IMG/VR virus record: IMGVR_UViG_3300024336_000001
Coordinates: 24,850-88,849 of that record
Origin: a virus
Length of the DNA: 64,000 nt
Strand: one strand, 5' to 3'
A program made the position numbers and the translations under genes. Under the pieces are notes generated by a model, which had not been told where the DNA came from, did not search any database, and saw only the letters and a program-made list of their open reading frames with translations. Below are positions 25,964 through 36,900 of the stretch, piece after piece. The first letter of the stretch is position 1. Each line of letters opens with the position of its first letter.

Positions 25964-26641
25964 GTGAATAATTACTCTTTTTCTGATAATTCCCCCGTAT
26001 ATAAAATGAATGATATCTCTGAGAGAGAGTATAAGGAACTCGACAATATTTTACTCGACAAAAACGGGAAGCTAAAGCTTATTAAGGCGGCTGCGTTAAA
26101 AAATATTCCTCAGCAAAATATCGCTTGCTGGTGTAGAAAAAACTCAATATATTCTATCGTCACAACCGAATTAATTGATTGGCTTAAAGATCAAATAAAG
26201 GACAAAGTTGCCATTGAAATAGGCGCAGGCAAAAACATCTTAGGTAAAGAGCTTGGCATTGTTCAAACAGACTCGTATATCCAAAACACGCCTGAAGTAG
26301 TTGAAAAGTTCATACAGATGAGACAGCCTATAATTGAATATCCTGAGCGAGTCCAAAAATATGAAGCACGAGAAGCGTGTACTCGCTATCGCCCTCAAGT
26401 TGTTATTGGAACGTGGATAACACAATTAGGCGGGTCAACTGTCCCTCAAAGCAGCCCTTATGGAGTTAATGAAACCAAGGTAGTTAATTGGGTTGAAAAA
26501 TACATACTTATTGGACACGAGGATTCCCATAATATGAAAAAAATAATGGATATCCCTCACAAAACATATGAATTCCCCTGGCTATACTCAAGAGCTATGA
26601 ATGTAAATGGCAATAAAATCTGGGTCTGGGAAACTACTTAA
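25964..26641 (+). CDS. Hypothetical protein, possible class I SAM-methyltransferase fold
   Basis: AIEIGAG motif I-like. Confidence 0.45.
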   Translation: MNNYSFSDNSPVYKMNDISEREYKELDNILLDKNGKLKLIKAAALKNIPQQNIACWCRKNSIYSIVTTELIDWLKDQIKDKVAIEIGAGKNILGKELGIVQTDSYIQNTPEVVEKFIQMRQPIIEYPERVQKYEAREACTRYRPQVVIGTWITQLGGSTVPQSSPYGVNETKVVNWVEKYILIGHEDSHNMKKIMDIPHKTYEFPWLYSRAMNVNGNKIWVWETT

Positions 26642-27068
26642 CTAAAGCCAAAATAGCTGATAGCACCCCAGTTACAACGCTAACCAAGGTGAAAAAAGTT
26701 ACAACTAACCACTTTAGCCTTGATTCTGTCCAAGCCCTAAGCTTTCCTATTTCTTCTTCAATGTTTTTTTTATGTTCCCCAACATCTTCTTTTATACCAC
26801 CTATTTCTTTCCATTGGCTCTTATGGGACTGCTGCAACAAACTTAGTGTTTTTGTTACCTCTTGCTGCTGATTTTTTATATCTTCTGTGTTTTTCAGTAT
26901 CTTATATTGATCTTCGTGGCTTGATTTTATAGCTTGTTCAGTTAAAGCGATCCTCACCTCGTAATTAACGAGTTTTTCTTGTTTGGATTTGAGATCTTCT
27001 ACATTATTTTGGAGGACCGCAATTTCTGTATCCGTACTTTTTTTTGTGCTTTTTTTACTGGCAACCAT
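26634..27068 (-). CDS. Coiled-coil protein with C-terminal TM (holin/antiholin/lysis accessory candidate)
   Basis: Heptad-rich body and hydrophobic C-terminus; last gene of late operon. Confidence 0.55.
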   Translation of the reverse strand: MVASKKSTKKSTDTEIAVLQNNVEDLKSKQEKLVNYEVRIALTEQAIKSSHEDQYKILKNTEDIKNQQQEVTKTLSLLQQSHKSQWKEIGGIKEDVGEHKKNIEEEIGKLRAWTESRLKWLVVTFFTLVSVVTGVLSAILALVK

Positions 27069-27523
27069 TAAAACACAAACTCTTTTACAACCGGAAATGT
27101 AATACCAAAACTTTGATAATTTAATACACCTAGCATATCTAAATTAGTTTTTGCTCCCGGAGCTTTTGCGCCAATATTAATTCCATAAAAGAAACGAGCT
27201 GCCCAATTAAATGGGGACCATTCCAGACGACCAGAAAATCTGTAGCCGTAGTGATTTAATGTGCCAAATGGCTTGTTGTGTCTTTCTTGTTCAAATACAT
27301 ATCCAGCACTCCATTTCATAGCAATTTCAGGAATTACCTGCCATTCCATTTGAAACGGAACGAGATTAACAAAAGCTGGGCCATTGTCTATACCCCCGAA
27401 TTCTAAAGTTGGACTAATAGCAAGTCTTGGCCGACCGGCTGCGTTTCCTTTATTGAAAGCTGACTTAGCAATAATGTTTGAAGATAAAGCTAAAATTAAA
27501 AGTAAAAATATTATTCGTCTCAT
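27068..27523 (-). CDS. Secreted beta-strand-rich protein, possible small outer-membrane protein
   Basis: Signal peptide, aromatic amphipathic strands, C-terminal Phe. Confidence 0.5.
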   Translation of the reverse strand: MRRIIFLLLILALSSNIIAKSAFNKGNAAGRPRLAISPTLEFGGIDNGPAFVNLVPFQMEWQVIPEIAMKWSAGYVFEQERHNKPFGTLNHYGYRFSGRLEWSPFNWAARFFYGINIGAKAPGAKTNLDMLGVLNYQSFGITFPVVKEFVF

Positions 27524-27534
27524 TTGATCTCTCC

Positions 27535-27897
27535 TTATTTTTTATTAACATTTGTTCCAATACCCGGAGTATTGTGTAGAAGATCGCCCAAAAAGCCGAT
27601 TGGTCCTTCTAATAATATTGTTGCAACATCCGGGATTGATTTATTTATTATCGGGATTTTAGTATTTACAACCGGCACATAATTAAGAAGTTTAATTACT
27701 TTTGTAATAGGCTTCACAACCTCACTGGCCGCAGAGTTCTTGGCCTCCCATTTACCAATCAGCCCTTTTTGTTTTTTTTGCTCCGCTATAAACTGCTTTT
27801 TCGTAATCCTTCCCGTAAGGTATAAGATTGAAGAAAGGCAGCCTAATAGCCACATTACAACCTCTGGTTCTGACAATTTTGATATAATTTCTTGCAT
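27535..27897 (-). CDS. Membrane protein, holin candidate
   Basis: N-terminal TM, GGAGG RBS, follows tail fibre. Confidence 0.45.
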   Translation of the reverse strand: MQEIISKLSEPEVVMWLLGCLSSILYLTGRITKKQFIAEQKKQKGLIGKWEAKNSAASEVVKPITKVIKLLNYVPVVNTKIPIINKSIPDVATILLEGPIGFLGDLLHNTPGIGTNVNKK

Positions 27898-27983
27898 AGA
27901 AAATCCTCCTGTTTTTTATTTTATTTATGTCTAAAAATGTCTAACTATTTCTATGGATTTCTATTTATGGCTATCTGAAAAAG

Positions 27984-30900
27984 CTAAATACTCCCTGAAA
28001 CTACGGTGACGGACAAAACATCGGTTGCTCCTGATGTTTGCCTTATGTCCAGATAATTGCCACTATATTGAAGGTCAAAAGGACTACTGCCCGTGCTACT
28101 CAAAACAGCTTCATTCCAATATATACCCTTTCCTGAATAAGAATAGGCAATAATCGCTGAATGCCCATTTGTGCTTAAATTAGCAAAAACAAGCCCTGAT
28201 TCTCTTGAACCATTAAAAGCCTTCAGTGTATACCAAACATTGTTTGATGCGCTTTCAATTCTCTTAGTTGTAAAGTTCCCTCTCCCATATAAAGATAATC
28301 GGCTATCATTTTGATATAAATCTAAAAAACCTTCTTGCGTTAAACACATTTTCTCAGAAATGGCATCTGAGGATCTGGTATAAAATGAAAGATCTCCTGA
28401 TACACCAGAATCTCGCCGCTTCCCTTTAATCATTGCCGACAAATGGTCATCGTCAGACTCGTAATTGCTGGTTGTTGTATGAAATCTTAGCTCTGGCCCT
28501 GCACCATCCGATGTAGATGAATGTGAAAGTACCAGCAAATTAGCACTAGAGTCTTTAATAATACATTTTGTATCAATAACTGTAGTGCCTATCCCTACTT
28601 GACCATCTCCCGTAAACCTTATTGCCTCTGCCCCACCGGGCTTGAAAATTATATGGCCAGTTGAATTCCAGCCTGCTGTAATTGTTAGCTCGTTTGATTG
28701 TCCCACTCTTAAAACATCTATTCCGCTGTGATTAATTCCAAACCTATTCCCAGAGTTGTAATTATTTTCTATTGTTGTTTTATAGGCACTTTCTTCTGTT
28801 CCTAAGACTATTTGGGTTGTTGCATGATATTTACTTATTTCAAGGCCGTTAGTCGCTGCCGGAGCCGTAGTACCAATACCAACTTTCCCATCATTTTTAA
28901 TTACAAATTTTGTTGAGTGGCTGTCACCTGGTGTATAAAACTGGAAGTCGTATGTATTAGAATATGTGTTTGGAATCGCTTTAATCCCCGCCGTAACTGT
29001 TCCTGCCATATTTGACTGAAACTTAATCTCACAAGGATAAACATCCAAATTAGTAGTATTCATATTATGTAACAACAACACAGTTCCAGCCGTGCTATTT
29101 GATTTGTATAGTTCTAATAATTGGCTTGGGGAAGATGTGCCAATCCCAACTCGTCCGCTCGAATTTTCACTCAGTATTTTTCGGCCATCGGTATCACTTG
29201 TAGGCGCACTTCCTTTTAGCCTAAGATCCGCATTGTCATCTAACCAAATTCTATGATTAGCTGTATGGGTGGCTAATCCTAAAGACACTCTCTCTGCATC
29301 AGAACCTAACTCAAGATTTATGAAACCACCACCGTTACCTGTCCCGTGCGCCCAAATGATTCGCTTATCGTCCCCTGTATCCTTTACGTCTAATTTATAA
29401 AGAGGGTCCCCATCATCAAGCCCTATGCCAGTATTCCCACTGCTATTGATAGTTAATCGATGCTCTCCCGCATCACTGTCATAAAAACTTAAAAAACCTC
29501 CGCCTATTGTCCAAGAACTATCAGTTGAAATCATGTTGTATTTTCTGCCGCCGGTCCCGCTCGACCAAACGCCAACCCAGGGAGAAGCTGTCTGGCTAAG
29601 AATTGCTCCAGCCACTTCTAATTTTTGACCTGGGTTAGTTGCTCCTATCCCAACGTTTCCGTCACTTGCTATTCTTATGCGCTCCGCACTATTAACATGA
29701 AACACCATATAATCCACAGGTGTGCCACCTGTAAAATGGTAATAGCCTATCATTCCTGGAGATCCATCTTTATCGCTAAAATGTATTCTATTTCCAATGC
29801 TTGTAGGTGAAGTGGCTGAAGCAAATAAGTTTATTTGCGATGCGTTATATGCCTCAGCGTGTGTACCTTCTATTGTTAGTGTGGATGTATCTCCATAAGA
29901 GCCATATATATGAAGTCTTGTAGAGGGGCTGCTAGTCCCAATCCCAACCTCTCCCGTAGGAGTAACCGCAAGTTTGCTTACCCCGCCTGTTGTTAAATTT
30001 CTTATTTCAAAATTATCACCACTCGCCCCATTAATTCGCATTCCCCAATTAATCGCATCATTTCCTATTCCTATGCCTATGATTCCATTAGCTGTGGTCC
30101 CATTATGTACATAGAGTGGGTACTGATTATCTGTGGCTACTTCAACATGCAGCAACTCCGTTGGCTGATCTGTACCTATTCCAACTCGCCCAGTAGCGTT
30201 TTTTATTGTAACGGCCCGACTCCAAGCTGTTGAATCGTGTCTCCATAAAGCTAAATCTGAGTTTGCTTGTAATTGCCATGCCATTTTTTTATTTGAATCA
30301 GAGTTATAAAACTCTACCCCTGATACGCCTGTCGAAGAGTTTGTGTTTTCTAATGTGAGATAAGAATAATCAGCGTGTTTTATATGAAATATTGTACTAG
30401 GACTAGATATGCCAATCCCCCATTTCCCATCACTAGTTATCCTTGCCGCTTCATTGCTCGTAAGTAACCCATTAAGAGAAAAAATAATAGGGATCGCACT
30501 TTCTGTTGCCAGCACTAAGCCTGATGTTGACGCTTGCGCTGATACAAAACATCGTCCCGTTAAAATTGTGTGTGTAGAGTGCGCTGTTCCTGCCACACCA
30601 ATGTTACAACCGCCTCCGGTATCATTTAATGTTCCCCAATAAACTAATCCAGCACTGTTTATGTTTTCAGCCCTTGCTCTCAAGGAGCTTGCTGTTGATT
30701 TATAGACGTGAAGCTCATAGTCTGGGTTTGTTGTGCCAAGACCGACATTGCCACCATTGTAATAGATTTCACTCCCATTAGCAGACCAGTAGGTATCACT
30801 TGAGGTTCCCACAGGCACTCCATTAATCGTGATGCTATCAGCCTCGATATTTCCAACAACTTCAAGCGGGTGTCCTGGTGAAGTTGTACCAATGCCAACA

Positions 30901-33900
30901 TTTCCATTATTTCTTATATATACTTTAGGCGTTGCAGATGATGCGCTATTTCCTGGGGCATAAAGTGCAAGGAAATCGTAGTTATTTTCCCACCCTGTTT
31001 TAATAACTTTGTTGTAAGCAGCGGTTGGGTTAATGATTGCACTACCATAGTTGAATCCTATGTCACCCCTAACATCAAGCTTAACAACAGGTGATGCTGT
31101 GCCAATACCAACGCTGCCCTCCTCATCTATGGTCATTCTCTTTAAAAGGCCAGCCGAGTGGTTATATGTCCAAAAATCTAAGGCCGTATGGTTATTGGTC
31201 GATGGGTTCAATCTGTATGCGTTTATCCTGGCATAGCCTCCAGCCCAAGTGATTCCCCCCATGCTGCTGGGGTTAGATGTTGTCCCCCCTGACCAGCTAT
31301 AATCGATATTAATCGTGTCATGAACGGCTTCCCCATATTCAAAATAATCTTTTATATGTAATCGAGTAGACGGAGAACCTGTTCCTATACCAACATCACC
31401 TGAAAAATCAATCATAAAGGGAATTTCTGATTTAGATTCGTTTTTTAAATAAAAATTATCATTGCCTGCGTCCATCCCCAATGTATAAGCGCATTGACCA
31501 TTTTGGATCAATAAGATTCGACAAGCTTCCCCGTCTTCAGTAGCTATACGAAGTGGCCCTTGGTTATACCCAACATTAACGGCACTTCCAATATGTAACA
31601 AAGCTTCGGGTGTCGTGTTTCCTATGCCTATATTTCCATCACCATCAACAACAAAATCAAATCTGGCATCATCATTGTTATAAAGAATAAAGCCCAATCC
31701 ATCCACACCCAATTTAAAAGAATCTCTGCCCCCGTCCGTAGACTCTATAAAAAGATAGGTGCTTGAAGAGGAACTTAAGTGTAAAAGACTTTGTGGGTCT
31801 GAGACTCCTATTCCAACGTCTCCGGCATTGTAATAAGCTTTTGGTCCATTAACTGACCAAACATTAGAGGCTGTTGTTAAATTAGTTTCTGCCCCTGCTG
31901 AACTCTTGTAGTATAAAAAACCATCCGAAGCTTTTACATACAGCTTCCCATATCCTGCCGAAACCCCCGGCGGCGTTACCATCTCATCAAATGAAACAGC
32001 TCCCTCTACAGTAAGTTTTTCGTTAATGCTGCTTGTACCAACTCCAAAATTACCGCTCTTAACATAGCTATCTCCACCTGGATTAAAAGCTATTCGAGCA
32101 GTCGCCCCGTCATAAAGATAAAGCTTTATAGCTGAAACGCCATCATACAATGAAACAGCTCCGGCATTGGGAGCAAGATGTAAGTTGCCAGCCACGGTTT
32201 TTATGGTTGGCGTACCCCCGCCAGACAAAGCAATATTTCCCTCAACACCCAATGCTTCACTTGGGATGCTTGTGCCTATCCCGACTCTCCCCTCCCCAGT
32301 TATTCTCATTTTTTCGGTTCCCGTGCGTACACTACGATCATCACTGGTGTAAAAGCGAATATACTTTGTTGTATTATAACTATTCAAACCCCCGCCAATA
32401 AATAAATGGTTTTCGACAGAATTAGAGTCAAAAAACAACCCCAGGTAGCCTTCGGATTCTGCTGCTGAATTATACTGAGAACCAATGATAGCTCCAAATT
32501 TTTGAGTATCATTGTCTTCGTTAGAAGATAATCTTAGCTCATAGTTAACATGAAAAGTGTCCAGTGGGTTTTCTATTCCTATACCCACCTTGCCATCAGT
32601 TCTAAACGTTGCCCAGGTTGAAGCTTTATCGGTAGACCCTATTTTCAATACCGAGTCGGTTCTTCCCCAAATAGCACCTGCACTATGAAATATAATCGTA
32701 GCCGCATTTGCATCAGACCCGACTCCTGCTGCGGTAATGCGTAAAGTAGCTCCTCCTGAAACGACTGGGTTTTGTGTTAGCTTCACGGTTTTGTCATCAC
32801 CGAAAACTTCCAATATTTCATCTGGGCTGGTAGTTCCTATCCCAATTTTTCCAGTTGGATCTACAGTTAAAGCTCGAATTGGAGCTAAGTTAACTCCTGA
32901 GCTTTGGGTTAGAATATTAAAGCGGCTCTCACTTGCCTCAAACCCAAAAACATTTGCATAAGAAGACGTTACAGTTTGAGTTGCGTAGGTAGTTGCATCT
33001 CCTAATGTTCCGTTAAGAAATATAAATTGTTTTGCCCCGGAACCAGAGTAAACCTGAGCAATATTTACCTGCCTGTTTGTTGCGCCGGTTGGTGAATAAC
33101 CCCCAATAAACATATAGTGAACTTGATCGTATCCTTCATTTTTAACCATTATTCGGCCAGTTTTACACAAGATATTCCCGGATACATCAAGCTTTTCTGT
33201 CGGGTTGCTTTCAGCGATACCAACTTTCCCGGTATTAAATCGAAAACCCGTATCCGCAGTAAAATCCAAATACCCATCGTTTAAAGATCCGATATGAATA
33301 GCTGAATCTCTGAATTTAATCGTATTATTACTTGTTATCGTTCCGCCAGCTAAAGGAAGAAACCCTGAAATTTGGTGGGTATGGCTTGTCGCTGTCAAAG
33401 CATTTGTTGATCCTGTATCACAAGTGCTTGGGGTTCCCATAGTTATAGATCCTGAGCTTGTGATAGTAGAAAAATCCATCCCGTTTCCGGCAGAAACACT
33501 CAAAACTCCATCATCCGGGCTTAAAAGAGACTGCCAATCGGACATAGCCGTATTATTGCCAGTTGAATTTATATAGGTTTGGTCTTCGTCTGTCCTTACA
33601 CAGACATCACCTTTTTGTACTGTTAATGCCAGTTGCGCCGTTTCGTTGGCTGCTACATACGTTTCCGTAATAGCCAAAGCCGGTAATACAGAATTTTCAA
33701 GCTTTCCGCTTCCATTAAGGACAGGGATATTTCCTGATCCGGTTCCTGTGTCTTTTATGGCCGCTGTGCCTAATCCCAAAGTGCCTCTAGCTGTGCTAAC
33801 GTTTGCATCATCTAGCAATGTCCTGGCAAAAGAAGATAAGCTCGTTACTGCATAGGTATCATACGCCGTTGTATAAATCATTTTATCTGTATCAGTAACC

Positions 33901-36900
33901 AGATCTGCTATAGAAGCTAGTCCTACATCATAACTTTGGATATCAACATCGATCTCCAAGCCCAAATTATTTCTGGCCGCCTCTGCGCTACTTGCGCCTG
34001 TGCCACCATTAACAATTTCAAGGTCTGCTCCACTCCAGTTATTATTGTTAATTGTATTTAATGTAGACAGGCTTCCAAAGCCCGCCTCAGTTCTTGTTTG
34101 ATTAATCCATTTACTAGAGCCAAAATCATATGCAAGCAATTCATTGTCTGCCGGGGAAGAAATGACCGTATCATCTAAACCGGCTAAGGTTCCTGCTGGC
34201 AAGTCACCCCAAGCAACAACACCCAAGCCGTTCGTTTTTAAAACCTGTTCATCAGAGCCATCAACTGAAGGTAAAACATATGCCCCTATTTTCACGGATC
34301 CATTTACGTGTAATTTTTCTGTTGGGGTATCTATTCCAATTCCTAGTCCGGTGCTGGTCAATTTCATTCTGGTGCTTGTAAGGCTCTGGTCAGTAAAATA
34401 AATATTGATTCCGCCTAAATAGATGTTGTTCGTGTCTGAATAAACAACCGCACCTTTTCCGCTTGCAATTCCTAGCCGCACCTTATTTGCTCCTGAGCCA
34501 GCCATAACCCTAACAAAAGAATCCGCTGCGCTTGTATCGATATCTAATTTTTCACTTGGACCTGTTGTCCCAATCCCAACGTTCCCATCCCAGCTTACAG
34601 TTAATTGTTTTTGATTAGATGTCATTAAACTTAGATTCGTGGCATTTGCATAAGCCGAAGCAGAATAAGCAACCATTCCTCCCATTTTGCTAGACTCTCC
34701 TGCGGATCCCTCTGTTGCTAGTTTCAATAAGAAACCAAGCTCTCTTGTGCCAGAACTACTGCTTGCGCCCCTGTGTCCGATTACAACTGCTTCTGAATAT
34801 GCGCCTGTACTTGTCCCGGTTGATACCTCCATTTTTGGAGTAACCCCAGCAAACATACCCGCACTTCCGTTCATTGTCATTGGGTTACTTACACCAATCC
34901 CAACCTCTCCTGAACTTAATATTGTCATTCGCTCAACTAAATCAGCATAAAGATACGTGCCTGCGTTTTGTACCAAAAAGGCAAGGCGAGGGTTTAAAGG
35001 ACTTGGATTGCTTGCCATTGTAATAAGCCTAAGTTCAGCCGAATACTCTGATATTGAAGCTCCTGTGGTATTACTAATATTTATAGATGTGTATTCATTT
35101 TGAAGTATTGATTGGCTTTTTACCCGTAACCCAATAGTGTCTTTGTCTGTTGAAACATCAAGTTTATAATTTGGATTAGTGTCCATAATCCCGACATTGC
35201 CACCGCTTAATATTCTCATTGCCTCCAACGCAGTAGCCACATCATTCACATAAAACCTTAAAGCATGACTCCCCTTTAACATCTCATTTGCCGGATTAAA
35301 TATCATATACCTTGAGTTTGTTGTAGCCTCTATCTTTAGGTTAGGGTCGTTGGCTTTGATATGCAGTAAAGAATCTGGTGTCGATGTTCCAATGCCCATC
35401 TCTCCTGAGCTTAATATTGTCATCCGTTCTACAATGTCCGCATATTCGTGTGTATATTTATTTTGCAGCAAAAAAGCCAAGCGAGGATTAAAAAAATTAG
35501 GGCTAGACTCTGTGGTAATCAGCCTTAGCTCGCCTGAATATGACGAAGGGTTAGAGCTTGAATTGCTTATATTAATCGCCGTGTAATTTCCCGCTATTCC
35601 GCAGTTGTTTCTTATTCTAAACGCAATGGTGCTAGGCTCTGACATAATATCAAATAAATAATAAGGATCAGCCTTTATCCCAAATTTATTATCGACTCTC
35701 GTTTGATCGTAATTATGCTTAAGCCTATAGACAAAAGCTCCGCCGGAATTGGGCGTTGAGCCAATCTGAAACTCGGCTTTATTACTATCAATAGTCTCAC
35801 TTTTTAATATAAGATTAGGGTTCCCGGTAGCCTGCATTTTAAAATCAATGAATGGCGAACTTCCCCTTAATCTTAAGTTTCCCTCAACATCTACTTTTTG
35901 TTCTGGTGAAGTAACACCAACACCTAAAGTCCCATCTACAGTAAAACCGCTACTATTAAGTTTTGCTCTTTTAATACCTCCTGTCCCAAAAACAATATTT
36001 TGGTTCATATCAGCATCAGTGCTATAACCAGACACATCTATATAAGATTGATATACAGTATCCAACCCTCCGCCAGCAGAAAGACGTAAAAACCCATCAT
36101 TTTGTGCTAATGAATTTTCTCTGTAGCCTCTAACTTCGCCATCAATAACGGTTGTACTTAAAGATGGCCGAGCCATTGCTTCTCCTGTAGAACCTGGTAA
36201 AGCAAGTGAATTTGTATAAATCTGTGGTATGGGCTGTGTTTCTTCTCCAATTAAATTTCTAAAAAAGGGATCATCTTTTGCATTAAGAAATGATCTTTTG
36301 TCCGCAACATTCGTAATATTTGTTGCATCTGTTGTTGCCACACAAATAGGATAACAACGGGTCAAAAAGCCAGTAGTGTTTGAAGCTAAGACCCCTGAAC
36401 CATTGATAAAAACATATGAGGTGGACAACGCAGGCAAGGTTATCGTCTGGTCATTATGTGAATAAAAGTTGGAACCATAAATAACCCTGCCGTTGTTGAC
36501 TGTAAGATTTAAAGTTGGCGGTGCAACTACTGATGGTCTGTAATCCTGCGAAGTAGTAAACGGCTCCGATGTAAAAGAAGCCCGCTCATATTCAATTTTG
36601 TATTCGTGTTCAGATACAAAAAAATTCTGTTTATTTTGTTGAGAAGAGGCACTGTTAATGTGCTTAATTCCTTCTCCTTGAGGAATGCCCGTATTTTTAA
36701 TGGTTATATATAAATATCCATTGTAGTAAATCCAAGCCCACTGCTCATTTAAAATTTCTGCCGAAGTTAATGAAAGCATATTAACCACCGAAGTTAGTGG
36801 TTGTATAAAATACAATCTAGGTGAAATTGTTGGAGCTACAGTTGTTTTGATTCGAAGCCAATATTTTGTAACAATATTTACTGTGTCAGTTGTAAAATCG

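Noticed and set aside
152-26425. Short - strand ORFs inside + strand genes (e.g. 1869..2180, 6626..6895, 16444..16839)
   Set aside because: Fully overlap better-supported genes
28241-28258. TGTTTGATGC as another palindrome copy
   Set aside because: Half-site only and inside coding sequence
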